Below, piece after piece: positions 52,918 to 64,000 of a stretch of 64,000 nt of DNA. The notes under the pieces are model-generated. The model saw nothing but the letters and a program-made list of their open reading frames with translations. It was not told where the DNA came from and did no database searches. Source of the DNA: Sarea resinae (taxonomy: Eukaryota); contig JAPEUD010000077.1 in assembly GCA_026026165.1 (NCBI GenBank), positions 1-64,000 of the forward strand. Reading direction: 5' to 3'. Position numbers and translations under genes: made by a program. Each line of letters starts with the position of its first letter. Within the stretch, counting starts at the first letter, position 1.

Positions 52918-53516
52918 ATTGCAATTGAAGGCCGACGATTAGGTTGAACATTCAGCATCCGGAGGGTCGGGGTGGATAGGATAGTAACATCGGATGTCGG
53001 TCCTGCGTGGCTCCTCAATACCTTGACTACCTACCTTGGTTGGGTATGAAGCTTTTTTTTCTCTACAAAAGTTACCGTTTTAGGATTTACCGAGCCATGT
53101 CGATGGAGCTGGCGCTGACCACGGCAGCGTACACCAACTCTATGAATAATATCAGGCACTCAGGTGAATGATTGAATTTTGAATAGTTTCCTCTGAAAGT
53201 TCAAGAGCTTGATATTTGGATTCTCAGTCTCTACTAAGTCGCCCAATATAGATCGCTAACCAGGCAAGCTTCCTCACAGAAACGAGGCCGCTTTGCGATT
53301 TCCCGAGCTCCGAGCTAGCAATAGATGTCTTGCAAGACGAACACTGTAGTCAACTCAAGCATTTACTATTTCTTCATCTGTTCCAGCAAAACCACTCTGA
53401 TATATATTCAACAATTGTGCTTTATCTACAGTTGGTACACGCTCCAACGGCACTCAGCCCAAAGCCTGTAAGCAATGGAGAGCCCTGTGACCTCCCCCAA
53501 GCCTGGGCCAGCCCAT

Positions 53517-53875
53517 CTACTTGTTCTTGTACGTTTGCCAGACTGGAGTGAGCGAGGAAAGTCAGTACGATGATCGAGCAGTCAGGAACATCAAGTGTCG
53601 GCTTACCAGCAAGGGCGAATGGAGTGGCGAAGCCGGCAGCTGTAGGAGATGAGTTAGCGAGCAGGACCACCGTCGACATGTACCCGGCATTGCCTACCCA
53701 TGAATCCCCAGTATCTCACGAAGAAGAACTTGGTCTTCGGGTTGAAGGGCAGATTGCTTCGTGGTCCCTCGGGGTAGTGGTAGGGGCTCGACAGTTGGGC
53801 GCGGGTCGAGTGGAAGCCACGGCGAGCAACCTGGGAGGTCGCCGAGCTTGCGCGGAGAGCCGATCGAGAAAGCAT
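53517..53875 (-). CDS. COX8: Cytochrome c oxidase subunit VIIc (yeast Cox8 type); exons 53875-53698, 53639-53607, 53542-53517
   Basis: Mitochondrial presequence followed by HYPEGPRSNLPF..FFVRYWGFMAAGFATPFALAVWQTYKNK* after splicing. Confidence 0.92.
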
Positions 53876-54401
53876 CTGCAGCAGGTCTCAGTGACGGGGA
53901 ACGGGGGGCGATGGGCGGAAGCTTGCAGGCCTTGGAGCGTACCTTGAATTGATGAGTGGAGATGGGTGATTTGCTGGACAGACCGAAATTGAAGACTTCC
54001 TTTGGTGTTGAGTCGTTCGGGTTGCGTGATGTATCGGGAAGCAGATGGATGGAATGAACTGAGATTGGACGCAGTACGGAGTGCAGGAGCCCTAGCCGCG
54101 CCCGCCCGGAGAGAGTTGGAGGACGAATTGCCAAGACTTAAGACTTGACTTCCAGTTGCCCACGGAGGGACGATGGTACGAGGGGACAAAGGTACGAAAA
54201 CGAAAGTACCCCGAGCATGTACGAAGTGCTTTGTACCACTCGCCAATCTTTCCTCTCTAGGAAAACCCTCCCAGCATCAACCAACGGCCTCTTCCGTTAC
54301 ATGTCCTATCTCCATGAAATTTTACGACGTTTACCATCAGGTCCGTGAGGTTCGTTGGAGGGCGCAATTCCACACTTGCACTCGCACCGCCGCCGTCGAA
54401 G

Positions 54402-57400
54402 ATGGATGAGCTATTCGACGTCTTTGACGATCAGCCCCAGGGCGTGAGCAATGCCGACACCCAGTCAAGGCCCAAGTCGAAGAAAAACAAGAAGAGACAG
54501 GTGAACGGGCATGTCAAGGAGCTCAACGGAACACCTTCAGCGAACGGCGACACTGAGATACCGGACGCACCTGTTGCAGAGCCCGAAGACACGCATGATG
54601 GCCCAGACCCTCAGAACGGAGGCAAAGCCGAGGACCAGCCTCAAGCAAAACGACAGAGGAGGGAGGCCGAAGCTGAGCCTGTGGTCGCCGACGCTTTCGA
54701 GACCGAGCAGTCGAGAGAAGTCGCAGCATCGGCAGGTCTCCAGGCCAGCAAAGAGGGCACTGCTGTTGTTCTCTCGCATCAGGTCAGGCATCAGGTAGCC
54801 TTACCGCCCGATTACCCGTATGTGCCCATCTCAGAGCACAAATCTCCGGAAACCCCAGCTAGAGTATGGCCTTTCACGCTTGATCCCTTCCAGCAAGTAT
54901 CGATCGCCTCGATTGAGAGAGGAGAAAGTGTCCTGGTGTCAGCGCACACCAGTGCAGGGAAAACGGTCGTGGCCGAGTACGCCATTGCGCAGAGCTTGAA
55001 GAACAACCAGAGGGTCATCTACACCAGTCCTATCAAGGCACTGAGTAATCAAAAGTATCGCGAATTCTCTGCAGAGTTTGGTGATGTAGGATTGATGACT
55101 GGAGATGTTACCATCAATCCCACGGCCACATGTCTTGTGATGACTACTGAGGTGGGTTCGCCAGTGTTCTTGGTCTGTTCCTGCATTACTGACGTCCCTG
55201 AAGATTCTTCGTTCGATGCTGTATCGAGGTTCCGAGATTATGCGCGAGGTGGCTTGGGTCGTGTTCGACGAAATCCATTACATGCGCGACAAGAGTACGT
55301 GATCGGCGTTCTCTCTTTTTTATGAAGCTAAATTGACTGTTACAGCTCGTGGTGTTGTTTGGGAAGAGACCATCATCCTTCTCCCGGACAAAGTTCGTTA
55401 TGTCTTTCTCTCGGCTACCATTCCTAATGCCATGCAATTCGCGGAGTGGATCACGAAAACCCATAATCAACCCTGTCACGTTGTTTATACTGATTTCCGG
55501 CCAACCCCGTTGCAGCACTATCTATTTCCGCAAGGCGCCGATGGTATTCATCTTGTTGTTGATGAGAAGGGTGTTTTTCGGTCAGAGAATTTCGAAAAAG
55601 CTATGACTTCAATTGCCGACAGAATGGGTGACGATCCCGCCGATGCCATGGCAAGGCGAAAGGGGAAGGGCAAAGACAAGAAGCTCAACAAGGGCGGGAC
55701 CAAAGGGCCTTCAGACATCTACAAGATTGTCAAGATGATCATGATGAAGAACTACAATCCAGTCATCGTTTTCAGCTTCAGCAAGCGCGAGTGCGAATCT
55801 TACGCTTTGCAGATGAGCTCATTGGCATTCAATGACGACTCTGAAAAGGCCATGGTTGGCAAAGTCTTCAATAGCGCCATCGAAATGCTCTCTGAAGAAG
55901 ACAAAGCGCTACCACAGATCCAGCACATCCTCCCACTGCTACGTCGGGGTATAGGCATTCATCATTCGGGTTTGCTCCCGATCCTGAAGGAGACCATCGA
56001 GATCCTCTTCCAAGAGGGATTGATCAAAGTTCTATTTGCCACCGAGACATTTTCAATTGGTCTGAACATGCCAGCTAAGACTGTCGTCTTTACCAGCGTT
56101 CGGAAATTTGACGGACGTGACCAACGTTGGATTACGCCCTCGGAGTTTGTTCAGATGTCTGGTCGTGCTGGTCGTAGAGGCCTCGATGATCGAGGAATTG
56201 TCATACTGATGGTTGACGAGAAGCTGGAGCCTGGCGTAGCAAAGGAAATTGTTCGTGGCGAACAGGACAAGCTGAATTCCGCATTTTACTTGGGCTACAA
56301 TATGATTCTCAATCTAATGAGAGTGGAGGGCATCTCACCGGAATTTATGCTGGAGAGATGTTTCTATCAATTCCAAAATACAGCGAGCGTTTCGGGACTC
56401 GAGAAAGGTAGATTGCCTCTAGCCATTTGGCTTTTTCGATGCGCTAATCAGTGATTGCAGAACTGCGCGAACTGGAGAGCGAACGAGCAGACATGGAGAT
56501 TCCTGACGAGGGCACAATACGGGAGTATTACGACTTGAGACAGCAGTTGACTACTTACACCAAGGATATGCGGGACGTCATCAATCACCCCAATTACTGT
56601 TTACAATTCTTGCAGCCCGGTCGCCTGGTCAAAATCAAGTATATGGACTATGATTTTGATTGGGGCACCGTTGTCAATTTCACCCAGCGAAAACCGGGTA
56701 GGGATGAAAAGCCAGAAGATATCAAGCCCCAGCAATCCTATGTTGTTGATGTACTGCTGTCCGTTTCGAATGAGTCATCTGTAGGAACGCGGACGCATCA
56801 AGATCTACCACAAGGCGTTCGACCGCCTGTGCAAGGCGAGAAGGGGAAGATGGAAGTAGTTCCTGTTCTGTTGTCGTGTATCGAGTCTATCGGTCACCTG
56901 CGAATATTCTTGCCCAAGGATCTCAAGTCTGCCGATCAGAGGAACACCGTGCGAAAATCTCTTGATGAGGTCAAGAGAAGATTCCCAGACGGAATTGCAG
57001 TCCTCGACCCCATCGAGAATATGGGCATCACTGATGACTCGTTCAAAAAATTGCTCAGGGTATGTTTTCGCCAATGCTTCTCGATGATATGCGTACTTAC
57101 AAGATGACGTAGAAAATCGAGGTCTTAGAATCGCGACTCCTGTCCAATCCACTCCACAACTCGCCTCGACTTCCTGATCTGTACAATCAGTACACGAGCA
57201 AAGTTGAGCTGTCGGATAAGATCAAGGCTGTCAAGAAGCGTATCACTGTTGCGTTTTCGATCATGCAACTGGATGAGCTGAAATGTCGAAAACGCGTTCT
57301 GCGCCGACTTGGCTTCATCAATGAAGCGGACGTCGTGCAGCTCAAGGCCCGGGTCGCCTGTGAAATCAGCACTGGAGATGAGCTGTTGCTGAGCGAACTT

Positions 57401-57908
57401 CTCTTCAATCGCTTCTTCAACGAGCTCACTCCCGAGCAGTGCGCCGCCGTGCTAAGTTGCTTCATCTTTGAAGAGAAGAGCAAGGAGATGCCACAGCTGA
57501 AGGATGAGCTCGCGAAACCCCTTCGAGATATCCAAGCACAGGCCCGAATCATCGCCAAGGTCTCTCAGGAGAGCAAGCTACCTCTCAACGAGGACGAGTA
57601 TGTCCAGAGCTTCAAGTACCAATTGATGGAGGTAGTCTATGCCTGGGCGCACGGTGCACCTTTTGTACAGATCTGGTAAGCTATCCCCTTGCCGTATTAG
57701 ACGATCTATGGCTAATTCGACCTCTAGTAAAATGACGGATGTTTACGAGGGAAGCCTAATTCGCCTGTTCCGCCGCCTGGAGGAATTGCTTCGGCAGATG
57801 GGACAGGCGGCCAAGGTCATGGGGAGCGAAGAGCTCGAACAGAAGTTTGAGGGTTCACTCACCAAAGTAAGGAGGGACATCGTGGCAGCCCAGTCGCTAT
57901 ACCTGTAA
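54402..57908 (+). CDS. MTR4: Ski2-like RNA helicase Mtr4/Dob1, 6 exons
   Basis: [36 protein letters not shown], arch/KOW insertion and C-terminal [11 protein letters not shown]. Confidence 0.97.
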
Positions 57909-58638
57909 AGGGCGACTCTTTGCTTGTATCACCACCTCATCAACTACTCAAAGTGGCGTTCGTGCGTGGTTTGTAGCATATGAACTTGGGATATTTTGAC
58001 GACGACGCCAATTGAAGGCGCATTTGGGTCAGGTGGCATGACATGGTTTGCGACGTTGGGGATCTATAGCATAGCAGAAAGCATTCCAAGTTTCTGAGCA
58101 GTTGTACATCGAGACATCGCTATCAATATCATAGTTTCATAGGTCTAAGGCACGTGCACCGAGTAAGTTGTGATTCTTGTCTCAGGTGTGATCAGATGTG
58201 AAGCTTAAGTAAGGTCGTCGGTACTCTTGGATGAGACCATTCACGTGCGTGATCATAGGTAGCGAGGACGATCACTAGTACCTTCTACCTCGTTGTCTAG
58301 CAACCACGTCCGCTAACTCCATCTCGAAGTGACTTGTGTTTGCTGGCTGGCTAGTAGTCGCTACAACACACTCACTCATTATTACACCACTACTCCGTAC
58401 ACCACCACCACCCTACACCACCTGCACTTCACAACCAACCAACCAACCCGACTGCATCGGACTCGACTACGCACCACCTACTTCCTCTGTCTTACTTTCG
58501 TCTCCACTTCTCGCTCTTCAACTACCTCAAATACCTCAACCTTCAATTTTTCCTTCACTAGGACACTCACTGTTACAACTACTTCAGTGGGTGAGGTTGG
58601 CTTTGTCCTCGACAGCGTGGTGAGAATCTGTCTACAGC

Positions 58639-59716
58639 ATGAACACCGGCTTGCTTGCCACCCCTCCGCCTTTTCCCCATCATCTTCATGGGAGGCCTCG
58701 TATCTCACCGACCCGCTCAAGTGCGTGAACCCCAGATGATCTAATTACCAGAGGAGGACCAGCTTTTGCTGACAATGACCGCAGTGTCTTCATCAAACAC
58801 CACACCATTGAATCGGAAACGAAAAGCCGAAGACGAAGCCTACCCTTCCCGCCATGGCTCGCACGATTCGAACAGCAGCGGAGACAATGACGATCGCATG
58901 TCTGCATCTCCTTCCACCTCACCGGCCATCTCTTCTCGCTCCCTACCGCATCCGATGGGCCATCGACAGATCAAGCGGGCCAGGCCCAATGTATTCGGTC
59001 GTCCACTGACTCTGCCCCGTCTGCTTGAGACCCTCGATGCCGAAGCAATGCGGACCGTTCTCAAATCAATCTGTGAACGCCATCCTGACATTGGAGCCGA
59101 GGTCGTATCGACAGCCCCTGCTCCGAGCGTTTCATCTGCCCTTCGAGTCATGGGCGACTATGAAGCCGCTCTTCGAGCATCATTTCCTTTCGGTGGGAAT
59201 GCGGGCTCCGACTACGCCTTCAACCGAATTCGCCAAGCTCTGATGGATCTTTTGGACGCCCTCACCGATTTCACGCCTCACTTCCTTCCTCCGAACGAGA
59301 CTCAAGCCTCAAAATCTCTAGAGTATCTCGATGGGGCAACGGATATCATACATCGTCTTCCAGCCTTCAACAGCTTTCAAAACAACTTACCAAAGAATGC
59401 CGCATATGAAGAGATCTCAAAAGCTTGGGTCCGGGTCATCGAGGAGGCGGCCAAGAAAGGCGCTGGCATTCAGCTACAATACGGCGGATGGGATCAGAAG
59501 CTGGCCAAGCACAACGAACAGTCGCAGGGCAAGATGCAGAGCCCCCTCGACGAACTTCAATCTCGTCTTGGGTGGATGCACGGCAATGCTCCGGGCGGTG
59601 CCAGTGGCGTCAATGGCGGTGGCGGGAGTGGCCTGGGGGATATGGGATCGATAAGGCAGCAGCTCCTGTCCGGAACATATGGAACGAATCTACCAGTCCG
59701 CGTTGGGCCTTGGTAG
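58639..59716 (+). CDS. STS1: Nuclear proteasome tethering factor Sts1/Cut8; exons 58639-58720, 58784-59716
   Basis: Bipartite NLS (RKRKA..KRAR), [36 protein letters not shown] and PVRVGPW* end. Confidence 0.9.
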
Positions 59717-61290
59717 GCGAGCTACTGGCGTTGGGTTGGACAATGGTCAACTCTGTTCGGCATCAATCATCGATACACAACACGATACCCAGCTGCTTGC
59801 CTGATCGAATTTTATCTACCTGTCCTACGACATGCCCAGAAAGTCAATAAGAGCGTCCTTGTTTTCGGATGTTGCTCCTTCTTTTTACCGGCGTCCTAAA
59901 TGCACACTGGTCTGGTCAAATATGGCCCACTGCTCATCATCATCATCATCCCCCAGCGATTCGTCAAGGGGTTTTATTTTGTTCTTCTATTTCATTCACG
60001 ATCAGACGACCTAGCTACAATGATATTGCCCTTTACTTGATCGATGCGATTGTCCTGCCAGCTAAACCGTGGCCCCTTGGGACGGCTTCGTCTTATCCTA
60101 CATTCCATCAAGCTCACGGCTGCCTATATGATACACATGGTGTCCATCCTGCGGGTTGATTTGACACCTGTTACGGGCGTCTCTACACGCTTTGTGTTTT
60201 CCGCTTATTTCTTGTTCTTTTCTTTTGTCACTTTCTCTGTGTGTTCTGCAAGCATTGTCCGGTGATGGAGAAGGTAGGTAGGTAACAGATAGATGGGTAG
60301 ATAAGTCCTAGCCTAGTTCTAGCCTAGTTCAGTCAGACTCTTTCCTTTTCGCATACCTACCGTAGGAATGAACATATCATCTATGCTCACATACACCACT
60401 ATTCACAGGATTGCCTACTAATCTACCTTATATATGTGAACTACCCATCTAGGGATTAGTATATATATAATCTAATCTCACATATACGGCTTTTCGGTTT
60501 TCCCGGGAGTGGATAATAATTAAGTTCCGACGCTGTTGATTCCCGTATTGATCTCTCACAACTCGCTGCTCTCCAGCCTTCCTGCGTTCTCCAATTCCAT
60601 GTTCGAGCAAGCAGCCATGGCCCTTGAATGAGCACAGATCACTACAACGTCCAGACCTGATGATTCCTTCAACGCGAAGACCAGCTGCCAACAACCTCAA
60701 TATTTCAGTCATAGCTGAGAATCGACCTCAGCCTTACATGGACGCTTCAAGCACTGCCGCTGAGCAGCTCTTGGGAGTTGAAGCGTTTGAAGTCTGAGGT
60801 ATCGGAGTATGGCGAAGCGCGGATCGGTGTTATTTCTAAGCCGAATTCGGAATCGTGCCCCTCTTGTTGCAGATCTAGTGGGGAAGTCGCCCTCGCGGTA
60901 CCACCTTTCATGTTCATTTACATACTCAGATAGGCATGTCTCTACTCACATACAAAGTAGATCGCGGGAGCTTCTCAGGTAACCTTCCCTGGTTGGCAAC
61001 CTCGCCTACCCTCAGCTATCCACTGATCCACTCGTCATCCACGGATAGGCCTATCAGTCATCACAACTGCACCTCGCTGGCGATCACGTCAAGCTTAAGC
61101 TTGCTATCATCAGCATCAACATCATCGCCATCATCATCTTCTGTTCCTCTTCCTTTTCATCTTCTCTCGTCTTATTCTTCCTTTCCACTCTCAACTCGTT
61201 GTATCATGCGCACAATCGAAACACTGCAGATTCAACCCGTCTGTCCCCCTCATCTGTTTTTGTTAGAGCTTGAAGTGATCGGCCCCCATC

Positions 61291-64000
61291 ATGTCTGATC
61301 CTGGTAGCTCATCGCCGCCATCACGGCCTCAAGATGAATCCGAGTCAAACGAGCAGCCACCCTCCACCAGATCGTCGCGATCGGGACATACCCCGCAGTC
61401 GAATCATTCTCGTTACGGCACTGCAGCTTCACAACCTGAACCCCAAAAGGATGGAGAGTCGATTATGCGACCAAGTTCTCTGAGGTCATCGCGTTCCGCC
61501 CGGTCAACCCTTTCCAAGAGCTCGCGTCATTCGTCAAGCCGCTCTTCGGAATTGACCCCTCTTCTGGGTGGAGCTGCGGATCGAGATGTACACGGTGAAG
61601 AGGAGGAACACGAGGACGGTGCTTCTCGGGCAGCTCACTCACTACGTTCGATTCAAGGCAGGCCTGGAAATAAGGCAACGAAAGGTCGCCGATGGCCGAG
61701 TCTCGTGGCGTTTATTATTTTGACTTTGGTGGTCGTGCTCATAATGGGTGTTGGATTCTTTGCCCCAGCGATCGTTCGAGAGTACGCGACCGAAGCAATG
61801 GTCTTCGAGCCAACAAACCTCTCGATCGACTCTTTCACTACGACGGGTGTACGAGCAAGAGTGCAAGGCACTTTTGCGCTGGACGGATCGAAAGTGAAGA
61901 AGAAGCCTGTTCGTGATATCGGCCGTGCGGGAACATATATTGCCAAGGAAATTGAAAGTGGGGAATCTACAGTTGAGGTTTACCTTCCAGAATACGGCAA
62001 CTTACTCTTGGGAACTGCAACTATTCCACGCATGGTTATGAACATCAGGGACGGCCACACCAATGTCATCGATTTTTTGACCGACGTGGAACCGGGTGAC
62101 ATTAGTGGCATGCGACAGATAGCTAACGACTGGCTGGAAGGAAGACTAGGCCAATTGCGGGTCCTAGGGAAAGCAGACGTCGGCTTGAAATCGGGGATCT
62201 TCCATCTTGGAAGCCAGGGCATTTCGGAATCGTTAGTCTTTGAAGGTCAATCACTGTAATGCCTCGTCTTTAGGCGTCATCCGGCGCCGTCACGTCCCGA
62301 CGCTAATACCGCTTTTATAGGCCACGACCTCCCAAGTATCCCTAATTATACTATCCGAAAGCTCAACTTTCGAGAGACAGACCCTGCAGACAGTCGAAGA
62401 GGCATGATAGTTGATGTGGCTATAACAGTCGAAAATGATTATCCGGTCAGGCTCTCGATCCCACCGCTCGGTTTTGAAGTTTTAGTGCCCAATTGCCTCC
62501 CCGATGAACCGTTCATACTGCTGGCCGAAGCTACGAGCTTGGTACTCGACATTGAGCCCCGGGAAGATGTCAACGTCAGTGCAGCCGCTATCGTCCGTGG
62601 ACTGCCTGAGACTCTTACCACTGCTTGTCCAAACTCACATTCTTCGCCTCTCGATCTCTTACTTGGTAAATATATTCACGGAAAAGAAACGACCATCTAC
62701 ATTCGCGGATCCGATAAGTCCTCTGCAGAGACGCCTGGTTGGATAGCGGATCTTCTCTCTAGTGTCACCGTACCATTACCTTTTCCTGGCCATACCTTCG
62801 ACAACCTCATCAAGAACTTCTCCTTAGCCGATGTTCACTTCAGTCTACCTGACCCACTTGCTGACCCTGACACTCCCGAAGCAAGCCCTAGACTGTCTGC
62901 TCTTGTCGAAGCCACTGTTGGCTTACCAGAAGAGATGAACTTCGAGGTTGATGTGTCTCGTGTGCGAGCGGATGCCGACGTCTTTTATTATGGGAGGAAA
63001 TTGGGCCATCTAAACCTCCGAAAATGGCAATCGGCCAATTCATCTCGAGTGGATTCGAACGAAACGCAACCCATACTAAAAGTAAGATCTGTCGTCAAAG
63101 ACGCCCCTTTGCAGATCACCGATGACGATGTATTTGCCGAAGTGGTACAAGCCATGGTCTTTGGCGGCAAAGGGGTGGTACTCGGCATCAAGGCTGAGGT
63201 GGATGTCGATGTCGAATCTGCCCTTGGACAGTTCATCGTCCGAGAAATCTCTGCTGAAGGCCAAGTCATTGTCAAGCGTTAGTACCCCTAGTTCACCACT
63301 ACTGTCCCAGCTGACATTTTGCAGCTTTGTCAGGAGGACTCGAATCTCTTGTCCCAAAGATCGGGTCGCTAGAAATCCTAAAAACCACCAGAACATCGAT
63401 TCTGTTACAAGTGAAGATGAACTTTACAAATCCAACCGAATACTCAGCGAAAGTCCCTTTTGTCGATATTAATATTCTCAACAACGATACAGTACTGGGT
63501 CACGCTACAGTCAAGGACATATTCGTCAGGCCTGGGCAGAACAATGATATCCTCGCTGAGGCAGTCTGGGATCCAGTAACAGCAAGCGGGCAAAGGGGCC
63601 AAATCATCGGCAGAGAACTTCTATCGCAATACATTTCAGGTATGTGTTTCAGCAAGCATACCTCTTCTCGTCTTACTTTAATCCATAGGGTTCAATACTA
63701 CCCTAACTCTAAAAGCTCACAATGGCTCCTTCCCGTCACAACCTGCATTAAGCCACGCCCTCTCTTCGTTCGAAGTCCGGATACCCACTCCCAGGCTTTT
63801 CGGGCCAGAGAAGCCTGGACACGGTGACGGGGATGAGGATGGTGATGGCGGCCATGGTAATGCGCCGCGCTTCATCGAAGATGCAACGGTAGTACCTGCT
63901 CTTCTTGATATCTTATATCCCTAGTTCCTTGGGGTCTTTCTTCACGGGTCTGTCGCACACCAATACATTGACTGCGTTTGTTCGTCATATTTCAACTCCC
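61291..64000 (+). CDS. Type II membrane protein, Tag1/DUF3712-like; multi-exon, runs past the window end
   Basis: Disordered N-terminus with an ELTPLL dileucine-type sorting motif, one transmembrane helix and a long beta-rich luminal region (NFTNPTEYS, PFPG). In-phase introns start near 62246, 63278, 63640 and 63889. Confidence 0.65.

Overview
Gene-dense eukaryotic DNA from a filamentous ascomycete (Pezizomycotina-type short GT-AG introns with CTRAC/CTAAC branch sites); the exact taxon cannot be read from this window. I can model 21 protein-coding genes, most of them spliced and nearly all conserved housekeeping or regulatory genes: RgsA-type RGS, Vfa1, a C2H2 transcription factor, Yvh1, Ufd2, Siw14, Hlj1, Aim19-like, Rho1, MrpL40, Alg14, Ima1, Ndc1, Pep12-type syntaxin, cytochrome c1 heme lyase, Mvd1, Elp1, Cox8/VIIc, Mtr4, Sts1 and a partial Tag1/DUF3712-like gene. 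I found no tRNA, rRNA, CRISPR, intact transposon or secondary-metabolite cluster. The unexplained signal is mostly non-coding. (1) Microsatellite-rich, TpA-rich islands with a RIP-like CpA>TpA signature sit between convergent gene ends, and the flanking coding 3' ends look GC-richer and carry low-complexity tails. (2) An oversized YVH1 intron splits the catalytic Cys codon and contains a two-stem hairpin with an internal pocket. (3) Palindromic TACTCCGGAGTA / GTAGGTACCTAC / AGTACT words cluster in the long upstream regions of the regulatory genes. (4) Rho1 ends in CLIM rather than CaaL. Family assignments come from recalled motifs, not database searches, and composition statements are by eye.
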